A stretch of DNA of 64,000 nucleotides from Nemertoderma westbladi (Eukaryota; Animalia; Xenacoelomorpha): the NCBI GenBank assembly GCA_032718475.1, contig JAUCBJ010006608.1:12082-76081 (forward strand). The letters run 5' to 3'. Under the pieces are notes generated by a model. That model saw only the letters and a list, made by a program, of their open reading frames with translations. It had not been told where the DNA came from and did no database searches. The position numbers and the translations under genes are program-made. Positions within the stretch are counted from its first letter, which is position 1, and every line of letters begins with the position of its first letter. Positions 49,190 through 61,919 of this stretch are shown here, piece by piece.

Positions 49190-52100
49190 CAGTTGATACG
49201 CAGTCCTACCCAGGTGGAAACGGAAGGATTAAATCCTGAAGATTCCATCAGCAAAGTGGAAGAATGTGAGAGTGAGGGGAGCATCTGTGAGTCAATAGCA
49301 TCCTCAGTTGTGGCTCAAAAAAATAAATCCATAGAGGAACGTGAGAAAAGAAAGAATAAGTAAAGAAGTAAAGAAGAGTAAAGAGAATTAATGAGAAACA
49401 AAAAACGAACGTGAATGGGAAGAACGTGAATGTGAATGGGAGGAACGTGAACGTGAATGGAAGGAGCGCGAATGTGAATGGAAGGAGCGTGAACGTGAAT
49501 GGGAGGAGCGAGAATGTGAATGGGAGGAGCGTGAACGTGAATGGGAGGAACGTGAATGTGAATGGGAGGAGCGTGAACGTGAATGGGAGGAGCGTGAATG
49601 TGAATGGGAGGAACGTGAATGTGAATGGGAGGAGCGTGAATGTGAATGGGAGGAACGTGAATGTGAATGGGAGGAGCGTGAATGTGAATGGGAGGAACGT
49701 GAATGTGAATGGGAGGAACGTGAATGTGAATGGGAGGAACGTGAATGTGAATGGGAGGAACGTTAATGTGAATGGGAGGAGCGTGAACGTGAATGGGAGG
49801 AGCGTGAATGTGAATGGGAGGAGCGTGAACGTGAATGGGAGGAGCGTGAACGTGAATGGGAGGAGCGTGAATGTGAATGGGAGGAGCGTGAACGTGAATG
49901 GGAGGAGCGTGAATGTGAATGGGAGGAACGTGAATGTGAATGGGAGGAACGTGAACGAGAATGGGAGGAGCGTGAACGTGAATGGAAGGAGCGTGAATGT
50001 GAATGGGAGGAACGTGAGTGTGAATGGGAGGAGCGTAAATGTGAATGGGAGGAGCGTGAATGTGAATGGGAGGAGCGTGAATGTGAATGGAAGGAACGTG
50101 AATGTGAATGGGAGGAGCGTGAATGTGAATGGGAAGAGCGTAAATGTAAATTGGAAGAGCGTGAATGTGAATGGGAAGAGCGTAAATGTGAATGGGAGGA
50201 GCGTGAATGTGAATGGGAGGAACGTGAATGTGAATGGGAGGAACGTGAATGTGAATGGGAGGAGCGTGAACGTAAATGGAAGGAGCGTGAACGTGAATGG
50301 AAGGAGCGTGAACGTGAATGGGAGGAACGTGAATGTGAATGGGAGGAGCGTGAACGTGAATGGGAGGAGCGTGAACGTGAATGGGAGGAGCGTGAACGTG
50401 AATGGGAGGAGCGTGAATGCGAATGGGAGGAGCGTGAACGTGAATGGGAGGAGCGTGAATGCGAATGGGAGGAGCGTGAACGTAAATGGGAGGAGCGTGA
50501 ATGTGAATGGGAGGAACGTGAACGTGAATGGGAGGAGCGTGAATGTGAATGGGAAGAGCGTGAACGTGAATGGGAGGAGCGTAAATGTGAATGGGAAGAG
50601 CGTGAATATGAATGGCAGGAACGTGAATGTGAATGGGAGGAGCGTGAACGTGAATGGGAGGAGCGCGAATGTGAATGGGGGGAACGTAAATGTGAATGGG
50701 AGGAACGTGAATGTGAATGGGAGGAGCGTGAACGTGAATGGGAGGAGCGTGAACGTGAATGGGAGGGACGTGAATGTGAATGGGAGGAGCGTGAATGTGA
50801 ATGGGAGGAGCGTGAACGTGAATGGGAGGAGCTTGAACGTGAATGGAAGGATCGTGAACGTGAATGGGAGGAGCGTGAATGTGAATGGGAGGAGCGTGAA
50901 CGTGAATGGGAGGAGCGTGAACGTGAATGGGAGGGACGTGAATGTGAATGGGAGGAGCGTGAATGTGAATGGGAGGAGCGTAAACGTGAATGGGAGGAGC
51001 GCGAATGTGAATGGGGGGAACGTGAATGTGAATGGGAGGAACGTGAATGTAAATGGGAGGAGCGTGAATGTAAATGGGAGGAGCGTGAACGTGAATGGGA
51101 GGAGCGTGAATGTGAATGGGAGGAGCGTGAATGTGAATGGGAGGAGCGTGAACGTGAATGGGAGGAGCGTGAACGTGAATGGGAAGAGCGTGAATGTGAA
51201 TGGGAGGAGCGTGAATGTGAATGGGATAAGCGTGAACGTGAATGGGAGGAGCGTGAACGTGAATGGGAAGAGCGTGAATGTGAATGGGAGGAGCGTGAAC
51301 GTGAATGGGAGGAGCGTGAACGTGAATGGGAGGAGCGTGAATGTGAATGGGAGGAGCGTGAACGTAAATGGAAGGAGCGTGAACGTGAATGGAAGGAGCG
51401 TGAATGTGAATGGGAGGAGCGTGAATGTGAATGGGAGGAGCGTGAACGTGAATGGGAGGAGCGTGAATGTGAATGGGAGGAGCGTGAACGTGAATGGGAG
51501 GAGCGTGAATGTAATGGGAGGAGCGTGAATGTGAATGGGAGGAGCGTGAACGTAAATGGAAGGAGCGTGAACGTGAATGGAAGGAGCGTGAATGTGAATG
51601 GGAGGAACGTGAATGTGAATGGGAGGAGCGTGAATGTGAATGGGAGGAGCGTGAACGTGAATGGGAGGAGCGTGAATGTGAATGGGAGGAGCGTGAACGT
51701 GAATGGGAGGAGCGTGAATGTAATGGGAGGAGCGTGAATGTGAATGGGAGGAGCGTGAACGTGAATGGGAGGAGCGTGAACGTGAATGGAAGGAGCGTGA
51801 ATGTGAATGAGAGGAACGTGAATGTGAATGGGAGGAGCGTGAATGTGAATGGGAGGAGCGTGAACGTGAATGGGAGGAGCGTGAATGTGAATGGGAGGAA
51901 CGTGAATGTGAATGGGAGGAACGTGAATGTGAATGGGAGGAGCGTGAACGTGAATGGGAGGAGCGTGAACGTGAATGGGAAGAGCGTGAATGTGAATGGG
52001 AGGAACGTAAATGCGAATGGGAGGAGCGTGAATGTGAATGGGAGGAACGTGAATGTGAATGGGAGGAGCGTGAATGTGAATGGGAGGAGCGTGAATGTAA

Positions 52101-55100
52101 ATGGGAAGAACGTGAATGTGAATGGGAGGAACGTGAATGTGAATGGGAGGAACGTGAATGTAAATGGGAGGAACGTGAATGTGAATGGGAGGAGCGTGAA
52201 CGTGAATGGGAGGAGCGTGAATGTGAATGGGAGGAGCGTGAATGTGAATGGGAGGAGCGTGAATGTGAATGGGAGGAACGTGAATGTGAATGGGAGGAAC
52301 GTGAATGTGAATGGGAGGAACGTGAATGTGAATGGGAGGAACGTGAATGTGAATGGGAGGAGCGTGAACGTGAATGGGAGGAGCGTGAACGAGAATGGGA
52401 AGAGCGTGAATGTAAACATGAACGTGAGCGTGAACAGCAGGAATATGAAGTAAGGAAGTAGAAGACAAGAGGGAAGAACTAATAGCATTAAAGGAACAGA
52501 TGCATAAAACAGGGAGAGCCAGCGTGTAGGGAAGAATATATAGCGCTCCTAGCAGCAACCAAAATTAAAAAAAAATCATAAGCAAATCTAGAGAGGCGCC
52601 AATATTATAAACCAGACCGGGTAATAGTCCCATAAAAAGGACGGTGAATTATTACCTGGGGTTAATTACCTAACAGGTGGAGACATATTAACTGGAAAAA
52701 CGACCAATAACGGTAAGGCGACGAATATTAATGACCACATTATATCACACCAAAATAATTATTTTAAAGAACCTAATAATAATATAAACAGTTAGGAATA
52801 CTCAAAAAATTTAAAGTACACGCAATAGCGCGCGGTTGTCACCAATACAGTAGGAGGGACATATGTCAACTGTAGAACAAACCCTCTAACGGTACGTACA
52901 CGTACAGTAAGTGATTCTATAATTAGTTGGATGGCAGCTGCAGCACAAGCTGATACATGTATACAAATGGGAACACGTCCAGAGTACTCGCGGCAAACTA
53001 TGGGAAGGCAACCTAACCAGGATGTTGGACAATATCAGGCCGAAAATTATGTTTCCAGTGGACGATAGAGCCACCAGCATTCTATGGGAATACAACGGGA
53101 GAACAACCCCAGATAGAGTGTAATCGGGTTGTACACACAGAAGTCGCGGCACAACACGGGCATACAACAGTAAACCCAAATTGCAATGTGTATATGAGTA
53201 TTACCCCGGAACTGTAAGGAGGGCAGACATCCCATAGCAGCCCTTATATGTGCACGATGGGAGCAGAGCACACCAATATAACGCAGCGTAGTATAACATG
53301 GCACACGGAGAGCAACAACATAACCAACAACCAGAAGCCCTTATATAGCGGCGGTGAAGCAAGAGGCCCTTTTAGTGGCAAGTGAAAGAAACTACCCAGT
53401 GGGAGCCCTAGAAGTGGCACAGAATGAAGAATTATTCGAAATAAATAGGATTAACCAACAAACCCATCAGCAACCACAGCAGATTTATAATAGGAATCAG
53501 ATACAGGAAGAATGGATAGATTACAGCCATAGAAAAGAACAAAGACATACAGCAACATTTAGGAGTAGCACACCAATTCCGAAACGACAAGAGATTAATC
53601 AGAATATAACAGGAGCTGGCACAATTAGATATCCAACCATAGGAGAATGGAAAGTGGACCAGAAAATACCAATTTTGGAAAAGAGCAATCAACGACAGGA
53701 AAAACAGCCACAGTCATTGAATATGAACGAACATGTAGCCACACTGGCAGGAATTACCCGACAAGAAACCTTTCGAGTTCACTTTGAACGCTCATATCTC
53801 AGCTATTTTTCAACGAAATTCAGATTATATTACCTATTTGGAATCCTATTGGTACCAACAAATCACTATAAGGTTGAAGAATAACTGGAGTATAACTGGA
53901 GACACCTTTTTTAAACGCTTGTAGCTAAAGATTGAAAGCAAAAATAAAAATTCTGGCTCACCCAGGAAGGAGGTGAAACTATCTTTGTTTAAAATTTCAT
54001 GCAATCTCATTAAGATTTGTAGAAAAAAAAATTTTTTTTTGGGGGGGGGGGGGGGGCAGGTACCTGAATCTGAATAACGAAATTATATTCCAGGACATGG
54101 TGTAGGCCTATATGGAGAAGAATAATTACCAAGTGATAATAAGACCAAGGAAGCAAAGAAGGAGGAGAAATAAAAAGATAGGGAATTAGCAATACGTGTA
54201 TAGTTACCACAGTTAGTAGTCGTACAAGTGAGATGCGAACAGAAACAGTATAAAACCCCGCAAGCGCATTCAGAATAAAGCGAATTCATGTCAGATGCTA
54301 TCGACACCCGACGACAGACAGCCATACGCTGAGAGAATGTATAGCCTGGAAATAGTTTTCACCCAGTGACGACGATTGGGATTATATATTCCGACATGGG
54401 CATTTAGCCAAAGGATGTAGAGAGAAAGGGAACAACAACTTTAGAAATAATACAATTAGAATGCAGACATCTACTGGAATTACAGAGGAGACCGATTATA
54501 TGTCGGTAATAATGAACAGAGAGGAAGATCTAGAGAAAGAGACTACAGCGGAAGAAATAATTATTCAGACTATAATATCAATTATTCGAACAACAGGATA
54601 AATTATTCAGATGCTAGGAGTTACTCAAATGACAGAAGTAATTATTCAGATTATATGAGAGATTATTCATGTGACTATAGACGGGACTATGTTAACGAAC
54701 AGAGGAGAGATTATTGGAGTAGAGAGATGCAAAGGGAAGACGAACCATCACGGCAAAACCCACAGAACAGAGATACTTATTGTGAAACAATTACGAAACG
54801 AGTGGGAACATGTACTTCAGTAACCAAGCGAACTGTGTACTTAAAAATAGTACCAGTATTATTAATTTCGGATAGAAATAAACGAGGAATAACAACCTAC
54901 GCGTTATTAACTCGAGGGGGCGTCATCGACACGACAGAAATTAGTGATAGACTCCGACTTCAGGGAAAATAAATTATAATGAATTTAGAAGTAGTAGGAA
55001 ATAGAATAGAAAAAGTTCCTCACGATTGGTTGACGTTAATATATCGAGTGTTTTGAGACAATGGAAGAACGAAGAAGCCTTAGGAAGGGTCCATGGGCGA
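49190..55100 (+). mobile_element. Degenerate BEL/Pao gag-protease region containing an expanded minisatellite
   Basis: LNPEDSISKV gag-like motif near 49230; VYLKIVPVLL...TTYALLTRGG...ISDRLRLQGK aspartyl-protease-like region at 54830-54970; many stops. Confidence 0.65.
49411..52430 (+). repeat. 21-bp minisatellite (GTGAATGGGAGGAGCGTGAAY), about 144 copies
   Basis: Continuous array; one frame reads WEERERE/WEERECE heptads. Confidence 0.97.
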
Positions 55101-55266
55101 AATAAACCGAATAATATAATTAATTATTATAATAATTCATTTACTATTCATTCATGTAAATAGAGAGTAGAGAACATGTCAAATATACAGAATATATAAT
55201 TATTTACAAATAAAAAAATAAATATTGACGCTAAATAAACATATATTATCTAAAATTATTGATATA

Positions 55267-55382
55267 CTATAAATTATTTTATACCGATCTACTGTACTGT
55301 ATTCCTATAAATTATTTTATACCGATCTACTGAACTGTATTCCTATAAATTATTTTATACCGATCTACTGTACTGTATTCCT
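55267..55382. repeat. 38-bp tandem repeat, 3 copies
   Basis: TATAAATTATTTTATACCGATCTACTGTACTGTATTCC. Confidence 0.85.
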
Positions 55383-55635
55383 AAAAATCCTTTATTTAAG
55401 AATTATATAATTAACTAAACATCTTTGTAGGCATTAATTACTGTCGCCTAGTAACAAGTACGCAGATGTACCAGCTAAATACAAATCAGTATATAATAGA
55501 CGTGAAAATATGGGGCGTGAAATAAGAAAGTTATGAAACCAATAAATTAAAAATATCTCTCAAAAGATTTATAGTCAAGGTTTGGCACAAGTTTATCATA
55601 TTCAATATGCGAAATGAAAATAAAGACCCAAAACT

Positions 55636-55815
55636 GCGCTGCTACCAGACGACTACTGAATGGTAAAGCCGAACCCAGATGCGCTGGTACCAGACGACTA
55701 CTGAATGGTAAAGCCGAACCCAGATGCGCTGGTACCAGACGACTACTGAATGGTAAAGCCGAACCCAGATGCGCTGGTACGAGACGACTACTGAATGGTT
55801 AAGCCGAACCCAGAT
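55636..55815. repeat. 45-bp tandem repeat, 4 copies
   Basis: GCGCTGGTACCAGACGACTACTGAATGGTAAAGCCGAACCCAGAT. Confidence 0.9.
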
Positions 55816-55832
55816 GTCACCCTTTCCACCAG

Positions 55833-56057
55833 CTAACTAAATGTTTCCCATATCCCGTCACCGAGTCCACCCGAAACATCCTCCCCAGAATAGAAGAACC
55901 CCCCCTCGCTGAACCCACTCATCGTGTTCTCTGTCTCCATGGTAACGTCTATATTTTCTTCCAGATAGTTGGTGGCTACGTTGTCAAGGTTACCGTAAAG
56001 TAATTCGCTGGCCAAATGTATCATCTCTGTCTCCAACAATGAGTTCCCCTCCTCATC
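55833..56057 (-). CDS. Possible acidic terminal exon of an unknown gene
   Basis: Minus-strand acceptor TTATTTATTTCTACAG, then DEEGNSLLETEMIHLASELLYG...GIWETFS*; higher GC than the flanks. Confidence 0.35.
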   Translation of the reverse strand, partial: DEEGNSLLETEMIHLASELLYGNLDNVATNYLEENIDVTMETENTMSGFSEGGFFYSGEDVSGGLGDGIWETFS

Positions 56058-58635
56058 CTGTAGAAATAAATAATCAGTTCTAGAACGATACAATTATTTA
56101 TGTGCTTATTCATTCTGTAGAAATAAATAATCAGTTCTAGAACGATACAATTATTTATGTGCTTATTCATTCTGTAGAAATAAATAATCAGTTCTAGAAC
56201 GATACAATTATTTATGTGCTTATTCATTCTGTAGAAATAAATAATCAGTTCTAGAACGATACAATTATTTATGTGCTTATTCATTCTGTAGAAATAAATA
56301 ATTAGTTTTAGAACGATACAATTATTTATGTGCTTATTCATTCTGTAGAAATAAATAATCAGTTCTAGAACGATACAATTATTTATGTGCTTATTCATTC
56401 TGTAGAAATAAATAATTAGTTTTAGAACGATACAATTATTTATGTGCTTATTCATTCTGTAGAAATAAATAATCAGTTCTAGAACGATACAATTATTTAT
56501 GTGCTTATTCATACTGTGTAGAAATAAATAATAAGTTCTAGAACGATACAATTATTTATGTGCTTATTCATTCTGTAGAAATAAATAATAAGTTCTAGAA
56601 CGATACAATTATTTATGTGCTTATTCATTCTGTAGAAATAAATAATCAGTTCTAGAACGATACAATTATTTATGTGCTTATTCCTTCTGTAGAAATAAAT
56701 AATCAGTTCTAGAACGATACAATTATTTATGTGCTTATTCATTCTGTGTAGAAATAAATAATCAGTTCTAGAACGATACAATTATTTATGTGCTTATTCA
56801 TTCTGTGTAGAAATAAATAATAAGTTATAGAAAGATACAATTATTTATGTGCTTATTCATTCTGTAGAAATAAATAATCAGTTCTAGAACGATACAATTA
56901 TTTATGTGCTTATTCCTTCTGTAGAAATAAATAATCAGTTCTAGAACGATACAATTATTTATGTGCTTATTCATTCTGTAGAAATAAATAATCAGTTCTA
57001 GAACGATACAATTATTTATGTGCTTATTCATTCTGTAGAAATAAATAATCAGTTTTAGAACGATACAATTATTTATGTGCTTATTCATTCTGTAGAAATA
57101 AATAATAAGTTCTAGAACGATACAATTATTTATGTGCTTATTCATTCTGTAGAAATAAATAATCAGTTCTAGAACGATACAATTATTTATGTGCTTATTC
57201 ATTCTGTAGAAATAAATAATCAGTTCTAGAATGATACAATTATTTATGTGCTTATTCATTCTGTAGAAATAAATAATAAGTTCTAGAACGATACAACTAT
57301 TTATGTGCTTATTCATTCCGTAGAAATAAATAATAAGTTCTAGAACGATACAACTATTTATGTGCTTATTCATTCTGTGTAGAAATAAATAATAAGTTCT
57401 AGAACAATACAATTATTTATGTGCTTATTCATTCTGTAGAAATAAATAATCAGTTCTAGAACGATACAATTATTTATGTGCCTATTCATTCAATAGAAAT
57501 AAATAATCAGTTCTAGAACGATACAATTATTTATGTGCTTATTCATTCTGTGTAGAAATAAATAATCAGTTCTAGAACGATACAATTATTTATGTGCTTA
57601 TTCATTCTGTAGAAATAAATAATCAGTTTTAGAACGATACAATTATTTATGTGCTTATTCATTCTGTAGAAATAAATAATAAGTTCTAGAACGATACAAC
57701 TATTTATGTGCTTATTCATTCCGTAGAAATAAATAATAAGTTCTAGAACGATACAACTATTTATGTGCTTATTCATTCTGTGTAGAAATAAATAATAAGT
57801 TCTAGAACAATACAATTATTTATGTGCTTATTCATTCTGTAGAAATAAATAATCAGTTCTAGAACGATACAATTATTTATGTGCCTATTCATTCAATAGA
57901 AATAAATAATCAGTTCTAGAACGATACAATTATTTATGTGCTTATTCATTCTGTGTAGAAATAAATAATCAGTTCTAGAACGATACAATTATTTATGTGC
58001 TTATTCATTCTGTAGAAATAAATAATCAGTTATAGAACGATACAATTATTTATGTGCTTATTCATTCTGTAGAAATAAATAATCAGTTCTAGAACGATAC
58101 AATTATTTATGTGATTATTCATTCTGTAGAAATAAATAATCAGTTCTAGAACGATACAATTATTTATGTGCTTATTCATTCTGTAGAAATAAATAATCAG
58201 TTTTAGAACGATACAATTATTTATGTGCTTATTCATTCTGTAGAAATAAATAATCAGTTCTAGAACGATACAATTATTTATGTGCCTATTCATTCAATAG
58301 AAATAAATAATCAGTTCTAGAACGATACAATTATTTATGTGCCTATTCATTCAATAGAAATAAATAATCAGTTCTAGAACGATACAATTATTTATGTGCT
58401 TATTCATTCAATAGAAATAAATAATCAGTTCTAGAACGATACAATTATTTATGTGCCTATTCATTCAATAGAAATAAATAATCAGTTCTAGAACGATACA
58501 ATTATTTATGTGCTTATTCATTCTGTGTAGAAATAAATAATCAGTTCTAGAACGATACAATTATTTATGTGCCTATTCATTCAATAGAAATAAATAATCA
58601 GTTCTAGAACGATACAATTATTTATGTGCCTATTC
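56058..58635. repeat. 57-bp AT-rich satellite, about 45 copies
   Basis: CTGTAGAAATAAATAATCAGTTCTAGAACGATACAATTATTTATGTGCTTATTCATT. Confidence 0.97.
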
Positions 58636-58771
58636 TGATGAATTATTTCACTATAAGATAGCATTTGTAGTTTAACTTTAACGTAAAAACTTTTGAAAAT
58701 CCGACGTATTTTGAGTAAGTTATAGTAATGTAATATGCCTATTCATATTTGTACACATAAAACCCTTAGGT

Positions 58772-58848
58772 ACTCTCGTGGCGTAGTGGTCAGATGGTTA
58801 AGGCGTTGGTTACATTACGTAGGTTACGAGTTCGAATCCCAGTCGGGA
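58772..58848 (+). other. tRNA-like Pol III promoter segment
   Basis: A box TGGCGTAGTGG (58779) and B box GAGTTCGAATCC (58828); no convincing anticodon or acceptor stem. Confidence 0.55.
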
Positions 58849-61800
58849 AATTTGTATTTTGGGGCCATTTATTTTCGTGTGGTGCTAATTGGTAGGCCAA
58901 TGAGAAGCGTACAACGTAGCGAATGATGAGCCAGGCCAATCATAGGGCATAAATTATCTTATTGCTCAAATGTGAGGCAGTGGAAAATTCTGTTAGGATT
59001 CCATGTCCCAGATTAGTGTGAGGGCCGGACTGCGTTGAACGATGAGCTGGGCCAATCATAGAGCACGAAGCACTTCATTGCTCAATTGTGAAGCTGTGGA
59101 AAATTCTGTTTAGTTTCCATGTGCAATTTCTAGTATAAAAAGGCCAGTTTGCCTTCGGTTATCACTTCGTTACTCCCTAACCCCCTTATATTATGTCACT
59201 TCTTACCACTTTGTAAAACTCTTATTCTTGTAAAATTTAGTTAATTCGGTTTCTTGTTGAAACTTCGTTTTGATAAATCCTTTGTAAAACTGTAAATATA
59301 CTGCAATTTCCTGACATGTTTTCTTTTGGTCCGACTTCGGGACAGCCGAACACCAGGGAGATGGCAGCCTAGATCGTTAGGCCGTAAGCAACGCAGGGAA
59401 GGGATGTCCACAACACGCTAGCGCCCACATTGGATCGACCGCGCACCCCCTTTGCCCCCTTCGAAATGCTCAACTTGCTATGCAGCGCCCGCTTTGTGAG
59501 AAAGGTAAGACTTTGTTCGACGCCCTTGCCCGCCGTAAGACCTATAGATCAGGGTAAGCGTGACACCGCACTGGACGCCGCAAATTTAGGATCAAATAAT
59601 TATATCCAGACAACCCCACCCCTTTGTCAAGTCCTACGAATCCCTGGGTTAACCTGTACTTCCTACAGGTGCGAACTATTGCCATTCGTCAGTACGCGAG
59701 TACATATTAGGTACGGACAGCATATGTTCCATAATTTAGTGATTCATAGCACTGACTGTTTGGTACCGGTTCGCTTTGTAGAACGTACATTAGTACCCCC
59801 CCCCCCCCCCCTTCTGTCTGGAGTTAGCTATTTGATCAGGCAAGGAGTATTTCTGCTACCGGCACACTGCTTGGCCTAGGGAGGTTTATTAATATCCTAC
59901 CGCGCCTTGCCACGTACTGATAGGTATTGCTGCTAACTACCGCAGCAACAAAGTTCTAGAATTAAATTAGTATACCAGATCAGCTAACGTACGGTAGCGA
60001 TTAACCCCTATTCTTATCTTACAACCAGAATCTGGTATTAGTGCCGATCACGGGTGTAGTTACTAACACTGTGGTTGCCCATTGGGTTGTGGATAGGAAG
60101 GAGAGAGCTTTGACGTCATTCGTGAGTATAAAGTTCTACAAACGCGACTAGTTTATTTTAGTAGCTAGCGCACGGTATCATTTAGTCAGAAAATCACTAA
60201 AACCTAGTAAAAGGAATTACACGAAATTGTTTTATTTGTAACACACCCACACACACACGCCCTAAAACATATTGCCCTTAAAGTTCTACTAGCTATAGCG
60301 TACTATACATTACTTTAGGTGGAAATTATCTGTATTTGTAAAATTAGGATCTGATTTAGTTGCGGCAAGATAGAGTATTTCACTTTCGTTATTAAACTGT
60401 TGTTTGTCTGGACAACGGTATTGTTACATTTAGGCCTGACCTTTTAGACTGATTTGTACAAGGGGATCAGTTATTGTTACATTTAGGTACGACCTTTTAG
60501 GCTGATTTCGACAGGGATGATCGGCATTGTTACACTAGGTCTGTTAACCACCTAGTTCGTATATAAACCATATAAATCACACCGCGGCAAGTTACTGTAT
60601 TTAGGACTGTCAGTGATAGTTAGGATTCGCTGCGCGGGGATTGTTTTCCCGTGAGTTTGGTCTGTTACGGTAACTGTACATCTGCCTCACCGGTTAGAGG
60701 ACAGGTATCCTTCTGTCTAGTACGTAGGCATTAGACCCGCTCACGTACATAGAATAGATACAAGGCTCTGTTCCTCGCCAGTAGTCGTTTGTGTACTGTA
60801 TCTGTTTGTTTAGATATCCTGGACTGGGATTTGTTGTCAGATACTGTACGAGCCCGTATACATTACTAGAGTCTCATAGTAAGATACATCGTTACTAGGA
60901 TCTGGTAAGCGGTATACTACTGGACCCTTACAGTAGGAAGTACTATATAAATTAGTGTATAGTATTTCTATCGTAGTGTAAAATATTCCTACCTTACAGT
61001 AGGAAGTATATTATACAAATTCTGAAATTAGTGTATAGTATAGTTTAGAATTGTTAGCTATTGAAAGTAGGAGATATTTAAAATCTAAGGTTAGTAAATT
61101 TAGTAATTTAGAACGTCCCCTGCTTCAGTAGGCTTTTAGGGTAGCTAGTACTTTCGTATTTAATCTTTGACTAGCTAACAGTTAGTTTGTAGCACTTTGT
61201 TTTACGCCGTGTGTGTGCGGTGTTACTTTTCGGTACTTGAAAAGGTACATAGGGTTTAAAGACCAATTTGTATCGGTACCTAGGAAGATTTTTCGTAAGC
61301 GTAGAAGTAAAACTCTCACCTTCGACCTTTTCAGGACTCAAGGACTCATTTCTGGACCGCTTCGAGGATTAGACCGCTTTTCGCAAAGTTTGGGAGACAA
61401 TAAATTCGTCCGCGCCGCCGAAAAACGGAAAGACCCACGTCCGGTTTGTATTTGGGGATTTGTACGACTGGAAGATCAAAGGAACGTAAGTTTTACGACT
61501 CGCGTCGTTCAAACTTAAGAAAGCACAGTAGTACTCAAAATTTGTGGGTTTCACTGTCTATTAGTAGTGTTGTTGGTACATATTTTCCCTTTAGACGTTG
61601 CTGTTTGGCCTATTGTTTATACTTGTTGATCTACATTTTGTTAACGTATACCGTTATCTCACTTATTCGTACGAATTTAGCCGGTAGGCTAGATTACTAC
61701 TTATTTTATTATATACCTTTGTTAGTTTATTTGTACCGGTTAGGGTATATATATGATATATATATATATCAAGGTAAGTTTGACATTTGTACATTTCGAC

Positions 61801-61919
61801 ATTTTGACATTTCGACATTCTGACTTGTTGATTTATTTGTACCGGTTAGGTAAGTTTGACACTTCAACATTCAGACACTTTGACATTTTATTACCCGTAC
61901 TTGACGTATATAATAAGAC

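Noticed and set aside
49315-52558. Very long ORFs (1057, 931, 705, 528 aa) on both strands
   Set aside because: By-products of a stop-poor 21-bp minisatellite; they overlap in several frames and are not independent genes
55636-55815. Short repeat array resembling CRISPR
   Set aside because: Direct 45-bp tandem copies without spacers
56021-58293. Repetitive MNKHINNCIVLELIIYFYR ORFs
   Set aside because: Translations of the 57-bp satellite
58772-58848. Functional tRNA gene
   Set aside because: A and B boxes are present, but I could not fold a proper acceptor and anticodon stem
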